Part shown: piece after piece, positions 46,991 to 59,458 of the stretch | How the letters are laid out: each line of letters begins with the position of its first letter | Numbering within the stretch: the stretch's first letter is position 1 | Assembly (NCBI GenBank): GCA_043228905.1 | Contig: JBHGNT010000012.1 | Location: 8,556,001 to 8,620,000 of the forward strand | DNA length: 64,000 nt | Origin: Azolla caroliniana | Lineage: Eukaryota > Plantae > Polypodiophyta | Direction: 5' to 3' | Notes under the pieces: model-generated | What the model saw: the letters and a program-made list of their open reading frames with translations, nothing else | Told to the model about the DNA's origin: nothing | The model's database searches: none | Made by a program: the position numbers and the translations under genes

Positions 46991-48644
46991 AGTCGACCTT
47001 CACCCACACACTACAAGCCTTTGTCACCGGCTTGAGGGGGAGGAACCGAGATTGCCACAACAAGGAAAGCGGAAGGCCGCACGAAAGCTGCACAGAAGCC
47101 GGACAACGCCGAAAACAACGCCGGATGTCGGACACCTCACACTTGAGCTTGAGGGGGCATGTTGAGAGATCAAGCTCAACTTAGTTTAGTTAGTTAGTCA
47201 ACACATGTAACTTAGTAGTTACCTAGATAGAATCTAGTTAGTGTGTTGACCATAAAGCCTTAAATAGGATTTTGTACTTGAGTGGGATACATTGTAGATT
47301 CACCACTCCATGCTCATTTAATATAGGACTTACACGTTGTACCTATATTCTCCTAGCACATGTGCACCCTTGCACATGAAACCTATATATACCTCATTGA
47401 AGGTATTTTTGTATTTGATGATAGTTGTTGATATTTACCTTTTAATATACTTTATCATCCCCCATCTTGTTTTTGTGTTCATAAGTGTACTTCTCTCTCT
47501 CTCTTCCTCTCATGCACACATACACACACATATCACTTAATCTTCCGCTACGTAATCGCTTAACTTAATCACATAATTAGATAATAATTATTCCTTAATT
47601 AATTACTTAATACTTAAAACTTACAATCCACTATTACCCAAACACGGCATTCTTGTTTCAACAAAGCATGATAGTCCACAATAGGGGACCATTGCATTAC
47701 ATGCACCAATCGTTTATCAAAAAACACTAGAACTTTAGCCAATAGTGCACTTCGATGTTCCGGTGAATGAAACACTACATCATAAAATCCTCATGGTCCT
47801 ACATATATATTTTCAACACAATTTGGTGACACGATTGTGTTCAACCATTGTTTAATCCAATTAATGTATGGGAGTTTCCCAGTAAAAAACAATATAATTG
47901 TAGGATCATAGAATACATCAAAAGATTGCAATACTACCTTAGCATCAACATCCACATCATGCACATCCTCATCATTGCATTCTTTCACTGCATTTTCCTT
48001 TTCTTCCACAATATTAGACAATAAGGTATTGGCAATTCCCCATAAAGTATCCCAATTAGAATTATCCTTGTCAACCTCATCTACATGTATTACTTAGACA
48101 TATGTCGCTTTTTTCTCATTAATTTCCTCAATGCCCTTAAACCTCTTAGAGATTCCAATGTCTTCCCTTTCACGATTACATTCAACCATCACATTACTCT
48201 TTTTTGGATCAATTGTTTCCATATCGATGTCCCCCACAATTTGAGAGGAATTCATGTTTATATCCATTATTCTTGATGTGATAGTGATCCGGGATAAAAA
48301 CAATTTTCCATGAACAAGAAAGACAACCGGAACTCACCCGATTGAAGAGGTCGAAGATGATGAATACAATCGAAGACCCGCAATGTGTTTTGAGTATGTG
48401 GATGCCAACAACAGAAGATTCCTTATTTTAATCGCTGCTTCTCGCACATACCACCAAATTTAACTTGCTATATCTCTTTACGAAGCTCTAATCGAGGGCT
48501 TTCCAATGCATGTCTTTATGCTCGATTCCGTTACCAATAGAGAGTGTAGAAATAAAAAGAATTTCGCTTTTTCTTCCCCTCTCCACTCTTGCTCTTTTTT
48601 TTCGCTCTCTCTCTCATACTACATAGAGATTAGCATTAAGCGTT

Positions 48645-48692
<48 letters not shown>

Positions 48693-48839
48693 GCATCACG
48701 TGCACACACACTCACACAAAAAGCTCACTTCCGCTGCATAGCACCATCTACGCCTCTCATTCTTTACACCAACCATCCGGTTATACCTCGTTCAAAGTTA
48801 CTTTCCCCTTCTTCTCATACTCGAGAACAATAAACCAAA

Positions 48840-49560
48840 ACTTTGTTCCCGTTCTAGCAGCTTCATTTTTATCTTTTCCGACTCTTATTCCAACCAATGC
48901 AGCATATTGCATCATATCCACATGAGTCGCCTCGAGCATCTTCCATAGCTTTCTCCATTCCCCCTCTTCCAAAATTCACCCGCAGGGGTCTTCTAATTTC
49001 ACTCAAGCAGATCGTGTTGCCTTCTATGTATACAATATTTTGTCGTATGGACTCTTGTAGACTCGCACAATCCCTTCTCATGTGATCCACACTATCGCAC
49101 CACACACAACATCTGAACGGTTCTTTTCCTTTCGGCCCCCGACGTTTCATATTTGCTAGCTTGACCATCTCGAACTTCTTCGCCAATTCTTCAATGATGT
49201 CATCATCAATCTTCTTTTCTTCTGGGTTGCTTTGTTTAATCGGCTCGGACACTTTGGGTCGTCCCCTTTTTTCTATACTCGGCCCTGACAAGTCTGTGTC
49301 ATCAAGCCATTGACGATGCTTGTCAAGCCTATTGCACGCCCGCTTCACCGCAGTCCAGTTTGTCACAAGCCCGTTTGTTTGGGCGTCATCTTCGAGGAGA
49401 GTCCCCAATTGTCATCTATCTTTTAGACCCACAGCTTTCAGGAAGTAGAAAGTCTTGTCCTCCTCAAGCAACGCTTGGTTTGTGGCAGGGAGACAACTTT
49501 AAAACATCTAGTTGAACTCATCGTACACCCTCGTGGCGAGGAGGCGATTGGTCTGTTTTT
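48840..49560 (-). pseudogene. Ty3/gypsy gag fragment (same type as 59607-60300)
   Basis: LLEDDAQTNGLVTNWTAVKRAC vs LEDDDGANGLTENWAEVERVC; knuckle CVWCDSVDHMRRDC. Confidence 0.75.
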
Positions 49561-51231
49561 AGTAGCGTAAGTGAGAAAGTATTTAAGATAGATAGATAAA
49601 GAGAGACAGAAATTCAAAATTCTGAGTTTGAACCCTTGACTTCAATTTTGAGAAACAAGACACATTACCAATAAGATAACTAGGTTTTTTATTCCTTTTT
49701 CATTTTTTTTATTCAATACATAGCTTGATTCCTCCCTTTCTTTTTCTTTCTTTCTTATATAGATGCCCCAATGCATATGATGCATGTGAGGGTACAAGAC
49801 ATGCATACAATGCATGGAATGCATGAAATGCATGTGATGCATGATTTCCATTTGGCGCTCCATGCACTACATGTGATACATGATAACCATGTCACTCATT
49901 TAAGCTCTCATGTATGAGAATTTACATGTGAAAAGTACAATGATGAAAATATAGTTTTAAGGAAACAACTTAGCTTAGTTGTAAATCGATTGTCTCCTAT
50001 CTTAGAGGAGCAAGGTTCAAAACCTACATACTTGTACCCTTCTCTATGAACAAAAATGCCACTAGGCCCTAGGCTTATTCTTATATTTTGTGTATGTGCA
50101 CCTAAACGCACATCACATGTGCACATGTTTAACCTTACATCTAGCCTTTCTTTTCTGATTCTCATTTCGTTCATATTTACAACATGCTAACGTATGCGTG
50201 TAACCATCACCCCTTTCATACATGTGCACATTGCACCTTCTCGATTTTGTCCGTTCCACGCGATTTTCACACCATTGCTGAAAATCTTCACGACAACGCC
50301 GATGGTGACACAAGGAGAAAACGACCCAAGATGGAACTACTAGTCCCACGTTGGATGTTTCCTACTCACCTCCCACCCTCCTCCGTTGAAGGCTAGAGGA
50401 TTGGGCTCATGCTGGCTGGCGATGATTGCCGCAAATTTATAGCTCTAGGTACCTACTTACATTTAGTAGACACTAAGAGAATATATGTACGCAATCTCAT
50501 ATTCTTGAACTCGATTGGGGGGTGATTCCCCGATTTCTTGTATAATCTTTCTATAAAAATCTCCTAACTAATGGGAAAGTAGCTCCTTTTTTGGAAAAAA
50601 TACTTCTTACAAGTCAATATTTGCTCTTTATGATGCAAGTGAAAACATTATGAACATGTAAGCTCTATAGATCTCACTAAAGATAATACAAATTGGCCAA
50701 TGTGTTGGTTGCATGTCATCCTTTAGCTTTGTGAGATTTCAATGTTAATGTTTACATAAGAACACATTGTTTTGTACTCAATAAACACCTTCCCCATATT
50801 TAGAAATGGAATCCTATGAAATTAAAACATGTATCAACTTGCACCACACAAAAAATAGAAGCATATGTAGAATTAACCATCATGGTGTCATGTGAAACAA
50901 AAAACCTAAGAATTGTTGGCATTAGCTTCTGATTGTTGTCAACAATTATCGAATATGCTCATAATTGCACACAATCGTTGAGCATGATAGTATCACTTTA
51001 TAGAATTTTTTATTTGGTAGAGCTTACTCAAGAGCAACAATTTGTTTAACAAGGAGTTGCACGCTAGGTATCATGAAATCACAAAAGGTCATAGTTTTTT
51101 GGGGGACCTTGTATGCATATAAGTTTTGTAACACTTCATATGTAGTATTCATATGATCCTGCATTTTGTGTTGTAGTTCTCCAACACTCCTAAACTATGC
51201 ATGATTGCCAAGTGGTGTCCATGCAAGGTAG

Positions 51232-51772
51232 TAGGGATCGGCAACGGTTCGGTTTAGGCTTGGCCGGTTTGGCCTGATCCAAGCCAAACCGGCTAAGCCT
51301 AAACCGTTTACAGGATCTCAAACTTGAGCCGAGTCGAACCGAACCAGTTTAGGCTAAACCGGTTTGGTAAACGGCTTGGAAACCGATTTAGAAACCTCCC
51401 TCTCTCTCTCAGATGATCCACTACATAGTATACATTGTAGAAGCTCTCCCTCCCACTCTCTCTCACATCTGTGGTCTCGACTCTCTCCCTCTCTCTGTCC
51501 CCCCCCTCTATGTAGTCTCTCTCTCTCTCTCTCTCTCTCTCCCCCCCCCCCTTATATGTTGTCTCCCTCCCTCTCTCTCTCTCTCTCTCTCTCCTCGTTT
51601 GTGTAGTTCTCCCTCCCTCACTCTCTCTCTCTCCCATCGTCTGTTTAGTCTCTCTCTCTCTCTCTCTCTCTCTCCCCTTATATGTTGTCTCCCTCCCTCT
51701 CTCTCTCTCTCCTCGTCTGTGTAGTTCTCCCTCCCTCACTCTCTCTCTCTCCCATCGTCTGTTTAGTCTCCC

Positions 51773-51814
<42 letters not shown>

Positions 51815-52022
51815 CTTGTCTGTTGTCTCTCTCCCCCTCTCTCTAAAGTTTATAAAACGGCTTGAAAGGTTTAGCCGGTTTGGCGCGGCTCAAGCCAAGC
51901 CGAGCCGAGCTCAAACTGTTAAGGCAAGTTCAAGCCTAAACCGAGCCGTTAAGCCGCTAAGACGTTTTCAAGCCGACTAAGCCAAACGGTTTAGGCTTGA
52001 GCCGAGCCGTTGCCGATCCCTA
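51232..52022. mobile_element. Non-autonomous hAT element (MITE), 791 bp
   Basis: TIR TAGGGATCGGCAACGG / CCGTTGCCGATCCCTA, perfect 8-bp TSD CAAGGTAG, AACCG/AAGCC subterminal motifs, (CT)n-rich core. Confidence 0.95.
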
Positions 52023-53787
52023 CAAGGTAGCCATATGGCAACCCTGCAAGATGGCTAAATGGCAATTGTGCAAAAACCACACAATATGTAAAGAAGTTAT
52101 TATTAAAATCATTTAAATTGAGTGTTAGGCTTTTGTGCATCCTTGGAAATTCTTCTTGTTCATAATACAAATTCATTTTCTTTTTCCTTTTCCAATTTGG
52201 TCCAATTTTTGGCGATAGGTAAGGATGAACAATTCAAGTAGAATGTAAAGGACGAGACCTAGAAGTGTATGAGAGAAGTTATCTACACATACATCCATGT
52301 AGCTACACAAATAAGATACATACTCACCTTGCCATTTAAAAAATACTACTTTTCATATCTGTTAGGTTGAAATCTCAATTTTCAATGAAACAATATTGGG
52401 TACCACGTTTGATCGTTTGAAGGTATATGATAGATGTTGTAGTTGTAGCTAAAACTTTTGGTATTTTATTGGTGCTAGAAAGGTAAGCCCCAAGAATATT
52501 TGTAATATTCGAGAATTTAAAATCGGCCCAAGAATATTATAAAACCATTCATTGTGCAAAAAATAAATTTATTTCACCAAAAAAAGAACAATTATTCATT
52601 AATAGATTATAGTGTTCAGGAGAGTTTATGAAAGTTATTTTAATTAACTAATTAATTAATTAATTTTTTAAAAATAAATATTTTTATATTTATTATAAAA
52701 ATATGATTAGTGTGAACTTTCAAGTCCTATTTTTAATGTCATGATAAAAATATTCATAAATTTTGAGGGAATAAAAAGTTAAAAATTAATGAACCTTTAT
52801 TTTATTTTATTCATTTATTAAAAATAAAACGAATACTTATAATTATAAGTTACACATTTATTATAAAAATTGAGTAGGTCCCTCTTTTATTATCCCTATT
52901 AATTGTCAAGTTCTTTTTTTTATCCTAAAAAATTAAAATAGATAAGTTTATGTACTCTCTCTCTTCTTCTTTTTTGAGTCAAACGAATACTTGACCACCC
53001 ATTCGTATTCGTATTCGTTTGCATTCGAATGGGAATCCCCACGGTTGCGAATATGTCAATCTATGCCTGCACATATGCATCCCTCCATTGACATTAATCT
53101 TTAGACATCATGGTTATAAGTTTAGTTCATTAACAAGTTGATTCTTAATTTATAGCCCTCTCTTATCTTGTGTGAACAAACAAAAACACAATCATAAAAA
53201 AAATTATTTGTCAACTATTAACAGGAAATGTCATCATTAAGGAGAAACACTAACAATTAATGGGAAATGTTGCCATTTAAAGAAAAATGTCGACCATTGA
53301 GTGTCATACACTTAATGTGCATGCAAACATATTAACTACATTTTCATCATAAAGTGACTTTACACATGATTGGAACGTTTGGTACACATTTACCAAGGGG
53401 TGCTAAGAGAATGAATGAATTCTCCTACCTTTACTTTTCTTGCGTTATTGATACATTGTCTATTGTTAATGACATTGTTGCCTCACTTCATTACCAAAAT
53501 TGAATCTTTTGCATTGAAACTTCTTATATATGCACTGATCATTCTTATGAGCTTATCCAAACTCTCTAACATCCAATCTACATCGATCTTGGACCAATTT
53601 TATAGTCTCTCTCATCATTCTAAGACATTTACCATCTTTAAACTAGTTCTTGACTCTATTTGTATTGATTTGTATATTTTAAACAACACTATGACAGGAG
53701 ATATCACCTCAAGTCCATAATTATTCATAATGAAGGTGGGTTGATTTTCATACGTTCATTATTAAGTTGTGAGTCATGACAATATTC

Positions 53788-53788
<1 letters not shown>

Positions 53789-53845
<57 letters not shown>
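53789..53845. repeat. (TG)n microsatellite
   Basis: About 28 TG units ending at a splice-acceptor-like TAG. Confidence 0.95.
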
Positions 53846-53847
<2 letters not shown>

Positions 53848-53848
<1 letters not shown>

Positions 53849-56800
53849 AAAAAGAGGAGGAGATAGATGAGAACAAAGGCAAAGTTATAGTGGAAACAGA
53901 AATACATTGTGAATCATGTCGTTACAAAGTGTACAATCGATGTTTATGTTCTAAAACCATTTTTAGATCACTTTTATTCCTTTTATTGTGTGGCAAAAAT
54001 CTATGCCAATGTTATAGCTATTTGTTTAGGAGCAAATGTTAGTGAGCATAAACTCTGTTAGTTATGTATTGTAGCCAAAATGTGATGTTGTAAAGGCTTC
54101 TTTTAGTATGAAGTTAATTACCTACATGAAATAAGTTTATGATATATATATATATATAATAAATGCAACATTAAACCCATCCTTGACATTTGAACCCACA
54201 ACCTCAATAATAAGTTTTATCATTAAAGTTTCATGATACATATTTGATAAACGAATGTCGATGAATCCAGTGGCATGCATAAAATCTCTTAAATTGAAAA
54301 TATAATACACAAGGATTTCAATAGTGTGAAAACATTCTTTAACATTGTGCTTTAGTATGTAATGTCTTGTTGTAGATGCATGTTGTTTAATTGTATGCCT
54401 TGCAAACACCCATAAAAGGGTTGCATAAATAACTTGGTTTTTGTCTTTCCCTCTCCAACTATAACGATTGTGATAGGTTTGGAGGACATCAACATTGGCA
54501 TGAAAAGCCAGAAGGTCTCTCTCAAAGCTCCAAATGTAGATGCAAAAACATTCTTCGAGACTTCAAAAATAAAGAGTTGTGGAAAGATGAGAACACATAT
54601 ATATCGAGACGAGACCCAAAAGACTACGAAAATGAGAAACTAAACCAAAAGAAAGAAGATAAAAAGGAAGAAAAACGGGTAAATTTTATAACTTGGAAAT
54701 TTTATTAATTTGTTGTTTCACGGTCATAACATTTCTAACGTTTCCCAAGAATACTCAGTAATAAATATGTTCACATTTCCAAATTTGGCTTCAAGGGAAG
54801 ACATTAATTGATGTGTTTCATGCATATAGCCTATTGATGTTATAGTGGAGCTCAAAGTACATATGCATTGTGCAGCTTGTACCATAAAAGTTGAGAAAGT
54901 TGCTTGTTAAATAAGAGGTATTTATTTGATTTAAAACTCTATCATCCTATTATGCTTAGGTTTTATAGCTCAATCGATCGTATTTTCATAAAATATTTAT
55001 ACCCATGTTCATTGTTTTTATATTTATTCGTAAACTCGACATCAATCACACAATATATAAAAACATAACAAACGAAACTCATGCAATGAACAATATAACA
55101 ACGGGACAAACATGGTAATAGAAAAAACATGTCCTTAGGATGATGATTTTGAACACGTGAACATATTAAATGAATTCCAATTTAAATTTGATGATAAACA
55201 TTGCATACACATATATGTGCATATAATGCTACTTAATTAGTTATCACTCAGTTTCAATTCTTGAATTGAAGGTACCATATTAGACTTTAGTCTAGATTTT
55301 TTTTCCATGTTATATCCGATTATAGAAACAAGGGATCAAGGACGATCATGTAGCTCGGGCCAAGGTGGCATGGCCTATACTCACATCACCTAAGTCTACA
55401 GGAGGGTTGGGTTTGATTGATCCCCTCTCACAATCCAAAGCCCTACTTGTCAAATTTTTGGTGTGAGGACTCCAACCAAGGGATGACTGTTGGAAAATGC
55501 TATTGCAACTACGCGTCGCTTACTTTATAAGCCACGAAAAGGGGCCAATTGGGCCCCCAAACGGGATGGATTCTAAACATGGATCTCAAAACAAGTTTCA
55601 CATGCCAATTGGAGGATAGATTCAATGCATCCATGTGGAAGGTGTGGTGTGACATAAAATGAGGGCTCAAGTGTGATCAACCTAACTCCAAACATGCATG
55701 GCTCAATCAACGCATCCTGTGTAACCCATGTATTAGAGATGAATCCAGTCAATTAATTGGATCAAGTAAGGGGTTGTCATGGGGATGCATTACAGAAGGT
55801 CCAAGAAAGAGTATAGAATGTTGGAGACGGTTTATGTCATTGTCAATACAAGATCAAACCAACATACTCCATGGAATCAAGGGTTGGTGGACTATGAGAT
55901 TTGAAATTATCAACGCTTTATTGCTTAAGGAAGCTGCTAACAAAGGATGACAATGGAGAAGTGGATAGGCTACGAGGAGGAGGGCTCTTTGATCCCAAGA
56001 GGTAGGGAAACACTAAACATGATTGAAGGCCATGAATTGCGAGACAAGGAGATGCCAACATTGAATATGGCAATTTGAGTACGCACATATATTGGTCATA
56101 AATGGATTGTAGATCCTGATCCGATCAAAGTACAACTAGAAGGATACATATGTACTCATGAAAACACAATGATGGCAACGTAAGGTCAGTTGGAACCCTT
56201 TGCAATGGACGTGGCACAATCCTTATGAGGGTCAAGGAAGCAAAGTCATCCCTTTCTTCCAATTCACAACTAGATTGGGTCGCCACATTCTAGCTGCTCA
56301 AACCACCCGAGAGCCAGCTGTTGCAAAGATATGGCCACACATATCACATTCGCCATACAATTATCACTAAGTTTTAGCAGAAAATCTGGAAACAACAACA
56401 TGTTAGACGAATTACTACGTTCCAATGACTATTAATACATAGGTCACTACCAGTGGCAGCATGGGATCCTTAGCTCTCCTAATTGTATAGTGTGCACAAA
56501 TGCAACAAAATCAATCAGACACATTCTATGGGACTGCCCAGAGACCCATCGAATATGGCGGGGGATTGGCCTCCTATTACACGTATGCTAGGTGCAAGGC
56601 ATAATCAAATGGGGGAAAGTACGTTGGTTATCATGGCAGACCCCAATTGACAAGTACGAACATCAAGAGGGGATGACTTTGGTGATAAAAGTGGAAGAGA
56701 TTTTTTCCCACCATCGACAAAATATCCACTCAACTCCTATTAATGCCAAAGCTCAAGTTGTGTTGGAATTGGTCAACCCAATAACTCTTTGGATTCTATG

Positions 56801-57600
56801 GAAACAACGGTGTAGATAGGTCCTCTCCAATCAGACTGTGCATCGAGTAATGTTAATGCAAGAGATATGGAATGAATCTTTAGCCACTCTAAAGAGCCAA
56901 TACGATGGCCTCACGGGCGGATCTGATGGAGTCGAAAGACAATCATTAGCATTCATCCAACAATGGTCTTCCTCTCCCTTTCTTGAGTTGGTGTGCATCC
57001 ACATAAGATGGAACTATCACATCCCTACAGGGATTTGTATATAAGACTCTCATTTGTAAATTTTATAACTAATGGAAGGGGTTTTTTTGGAAAAAAAAGA
57101 AAAGAAACAAAGGATCAAGCCACTACACCAGCTCCCCCATGTCCCTAACCTTTTGTTGTAAGAACATATATATGTGATTGATGATGCACATATGTACACA
57201 GAAGAAAGTTATATTATTTTCCTTTATATCAAGCATGATTCCAAGTATTATTATATCTTATATGAAGAATTATGCAGTACACTCATGCACAAAAATATGT
57301 TGCCTCCAGAGATTGTGCTCTATACTAGTCTACAATGTCAATGCGGAAGAGGAGAAGGTGACCATACAAGAAAGGGAATTTGAGGCAAACAAAGTGTGTG
57401 TTGAAGTGATCAATAAGTCATGAAACCATGCAACAATGGTTCCTCCTATCCCAAAGAAATGGGATAGAAGAAAGAATGAGAGAATAAGGTCAACACCAAT
57501 TATAACAAGGATGATGGTAAAGAAGTCGATGAGCCGGGAATTAGTGATAAGAAGGATGACCTGAAGAAGAATGATGGCAAGACATAGGACCATTTATCTA
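53848..57600 (+). pseudogene. Decayed HIPP-like gene with two heavy-metal-associated (HMA) domains
   Basis: Exon-like pieces KVIVETEIHCESC (about 53880), GLEDINIGMKSQKVSLK..VD (54478-), IVELKVHMHCAACTIKVEK (54842-, stop near 54908), EKVTIQ..FEANKV..KS*NHATMVPP (about 57350), with K/E-rich linkers. Confidence 0.7.
55341..57102 (+). mobile_element. 5'-truncated degenerate L1 in an intron of the HIPP-like relic
   Basis: AKVAW..PKSTGGLG at the start, LWILWKQRC, A-rich tail, 17-bp TSD agaaacaa(g/a)ggatcaag (55324-55340, 57103-57119). Confidence 0.85.
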
Positions 57601-58199
57601 GTTTCTCACGCATTTTCTATTGGGTGACATGAAAGTCTTGGCCATGTCATTATGCAGATACAGAATCAAAGCCTATTAGGTTCCTCATAGACCCCTTAAC
57701 GCAGAGGCGTGCACTGCTGGCCAAAATGGTGGTTCGTTTCTCGCAACTTAGCACATAGCTGGACGAGCAGGAGCAGGAGCATGACGAGGAGCGCGGGGAC
57801 TGGTTAACACTGCCCCACAGGAGAGAGAGCGCAACAGCTAGCAAAGGAGGGAGTTTCGGCCGCTCATCAGCGGCTAACAATTGTTTTGGGCGGTTAGGTT
57901 TAGGGCCAAGGGCCACCGATTCAACAAACTTGTTGTCAGGTACCCACTGCAACACCTTCCCCCCCCCCCGCCCCAAATAATAATAATAAAATTTGAAAAA
58001 AAGAAGAAAAAGAAAGAAAAAAAGGGGGGGGGAAGAGAAAAACAAAAACGGAAAAAATAGAACCTATAGTTTGATATGGTGGGAGGATTCGAACTTCCAA
58101 CTGATATGGTGGGAGGCTCCGAACTCCCAACAGATCCTAGTTCGCTACAAGGAGAAGGAGGAACAGATTTAGACATCACCTTGTCCCCAGCGGCCAACC

Positions 58200-59458
58200 G
58201 ACTCTTACCGGAGGAAATCGAACGCCTTTGGCGTACATCCTTTGTCTGTAGGTTTCTCGCAGGTAGACCAAATCGTGTTGCCGATCCCTAGTACAAACTT
58301 TTCATAGAATAAATGCTTCATGAATGAACTGTTAATCAAATATATTTGACAATTGTCATTGACAATAACAATTAGGTAGTGATAATGAGATCATGTGTTT
58401 AAAATCATGATCTTCCTTGGCTCTACCAACTCAAAAAGCAGGCATGGTTCGGGACATGCTCCAAGTGGTTGTGATGGAGGACATGCCTTCAATCAAGAGC
58501 ATTAAGGGTTTAGGGAAATATTTCTTCCACATTGAATTGGGTGATAATACGTTGGCGCAACCTTTGGTAGAGCTCAAGGTACTTGAATAGAAGTACGACA
58601 AGGTGTTGCTCCAGCCATGGTAACCAGGGTTCGATCCAAGTGAAGAGTTACGAAAACATAACAACCCTAGGGTGATTACCGCAACATTTCCTAGCCTCCC
58701 TCCCCATTTGTGCCATCTGCTTCCTTTTTTTGGCAAACAAAAAGGGACAATTTTCCCTCAAAAAATGTCTATGGCAGATACAATTGTGGAGGTGCCCAAG
58801 GTGCGCATCTTAGTGCCTTCCCTCCATAGACTGCCAACAAGAATTAGGCTCTACTCTAAGGAGCTAGGTCTCACAATGATGAAAGTGGTTTATGAGGGAC
58901 TCCCTGGGCAGTGTTTCATTTGCAAACAAAAAGGAGCTCTTCGGTCCTTGCTGGAGCCCATAGCCCCAGAAGCAATTGTTAGTTTGCCCCATGAGATGGG
59001 GGTCAGCCCGGACATGGGTGTCAACCTCACCGTTTTCAGATGAGGATCTTAACGTGGAATGTACAGGGCCTTGGTGGAGGCCGGCAACACCAAGAATGCA
59101 AAAGACTTTGGGAGGAGTTGAATCCCCCTAATATTGGGGGCAATATCGACATATTGCTTTTGCAGGAACATCACCTATCTGAAGAGAGAGCTTAGAGCCT
59201 AGTAAACCCCTTGTCGGGTGGGTGGACCATGTGGTGGTCGGCGGCATAGGGTGACCTCCACCAAAGAGGAGGGGTATGCATCTCGATCCACCGAATGTAC
59301 AGGGCCTTGGTGGAGGCCGGCACCACCAAGAATGCAAAAGACTTCGGGAGGAGTTGAATCCCCCTAATACTGGGGGCAATATCGACATATTTCTTTTGCA
59401 GGAACACCACCTCTCTGAAGAGAGAGCTCAGAGCCTAGTAAACCCCTTGTCGGGTGGG
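58200..59458 (+). mobile_element. L1 fragment: ORF1 remnant and duplicated start of the ORF2 endonuclease
   Basis: KGLGKYFFHIEL, QPW.PGFDP, YEGLPGQCFICKQKG, MRILTWNVQGL..LLQEHH. Left end uncertain. Confidence 0.75.

Larger units (their letters stand above)
42803..47619 (+). mobile_element. Ty1/copia element copia-C (related to copia-B), internally deleted: no RT or RNase H
   Basis: LTRs 42803-43256 and 47160-47619, TSD CTTAC, PBS tggtatcagagc, PPT gaggggg at 47151-47157; gag, protease and integrase present, then a jump after PRWVE to the 3' end. Confidence 0.95.
28022..48480 (-). mobile_element. Near full-length degenerate L1-clade LINE, split by a gypsy (30872-40974) and a copia (42803-47619) insertion
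   Basis: ORF1 (47625-48300 and 42093-42800, CFGCGEWGHFMAEC), endonuclease (WSRLDRMY, SDHFPI), RT (KSPGWDG, WRPISL, LDLEKA, VRQGCPISPLLF, ADDS), zf-RVT. Outer ends approximate. Confidence 0.9.

Noticed and set aside
49765-49890. CATGCA/RY-like motif cluster as a regulatory element
   Set aside because: Low-complexity ATGC repeats next to TE remnants, with no linked gene.
52396-53040. Possible old MITE (gggg..cccc ends, tattcg repeats, AT-rich core)
   Set aside because: TIRs too degenerate and no TSD found.
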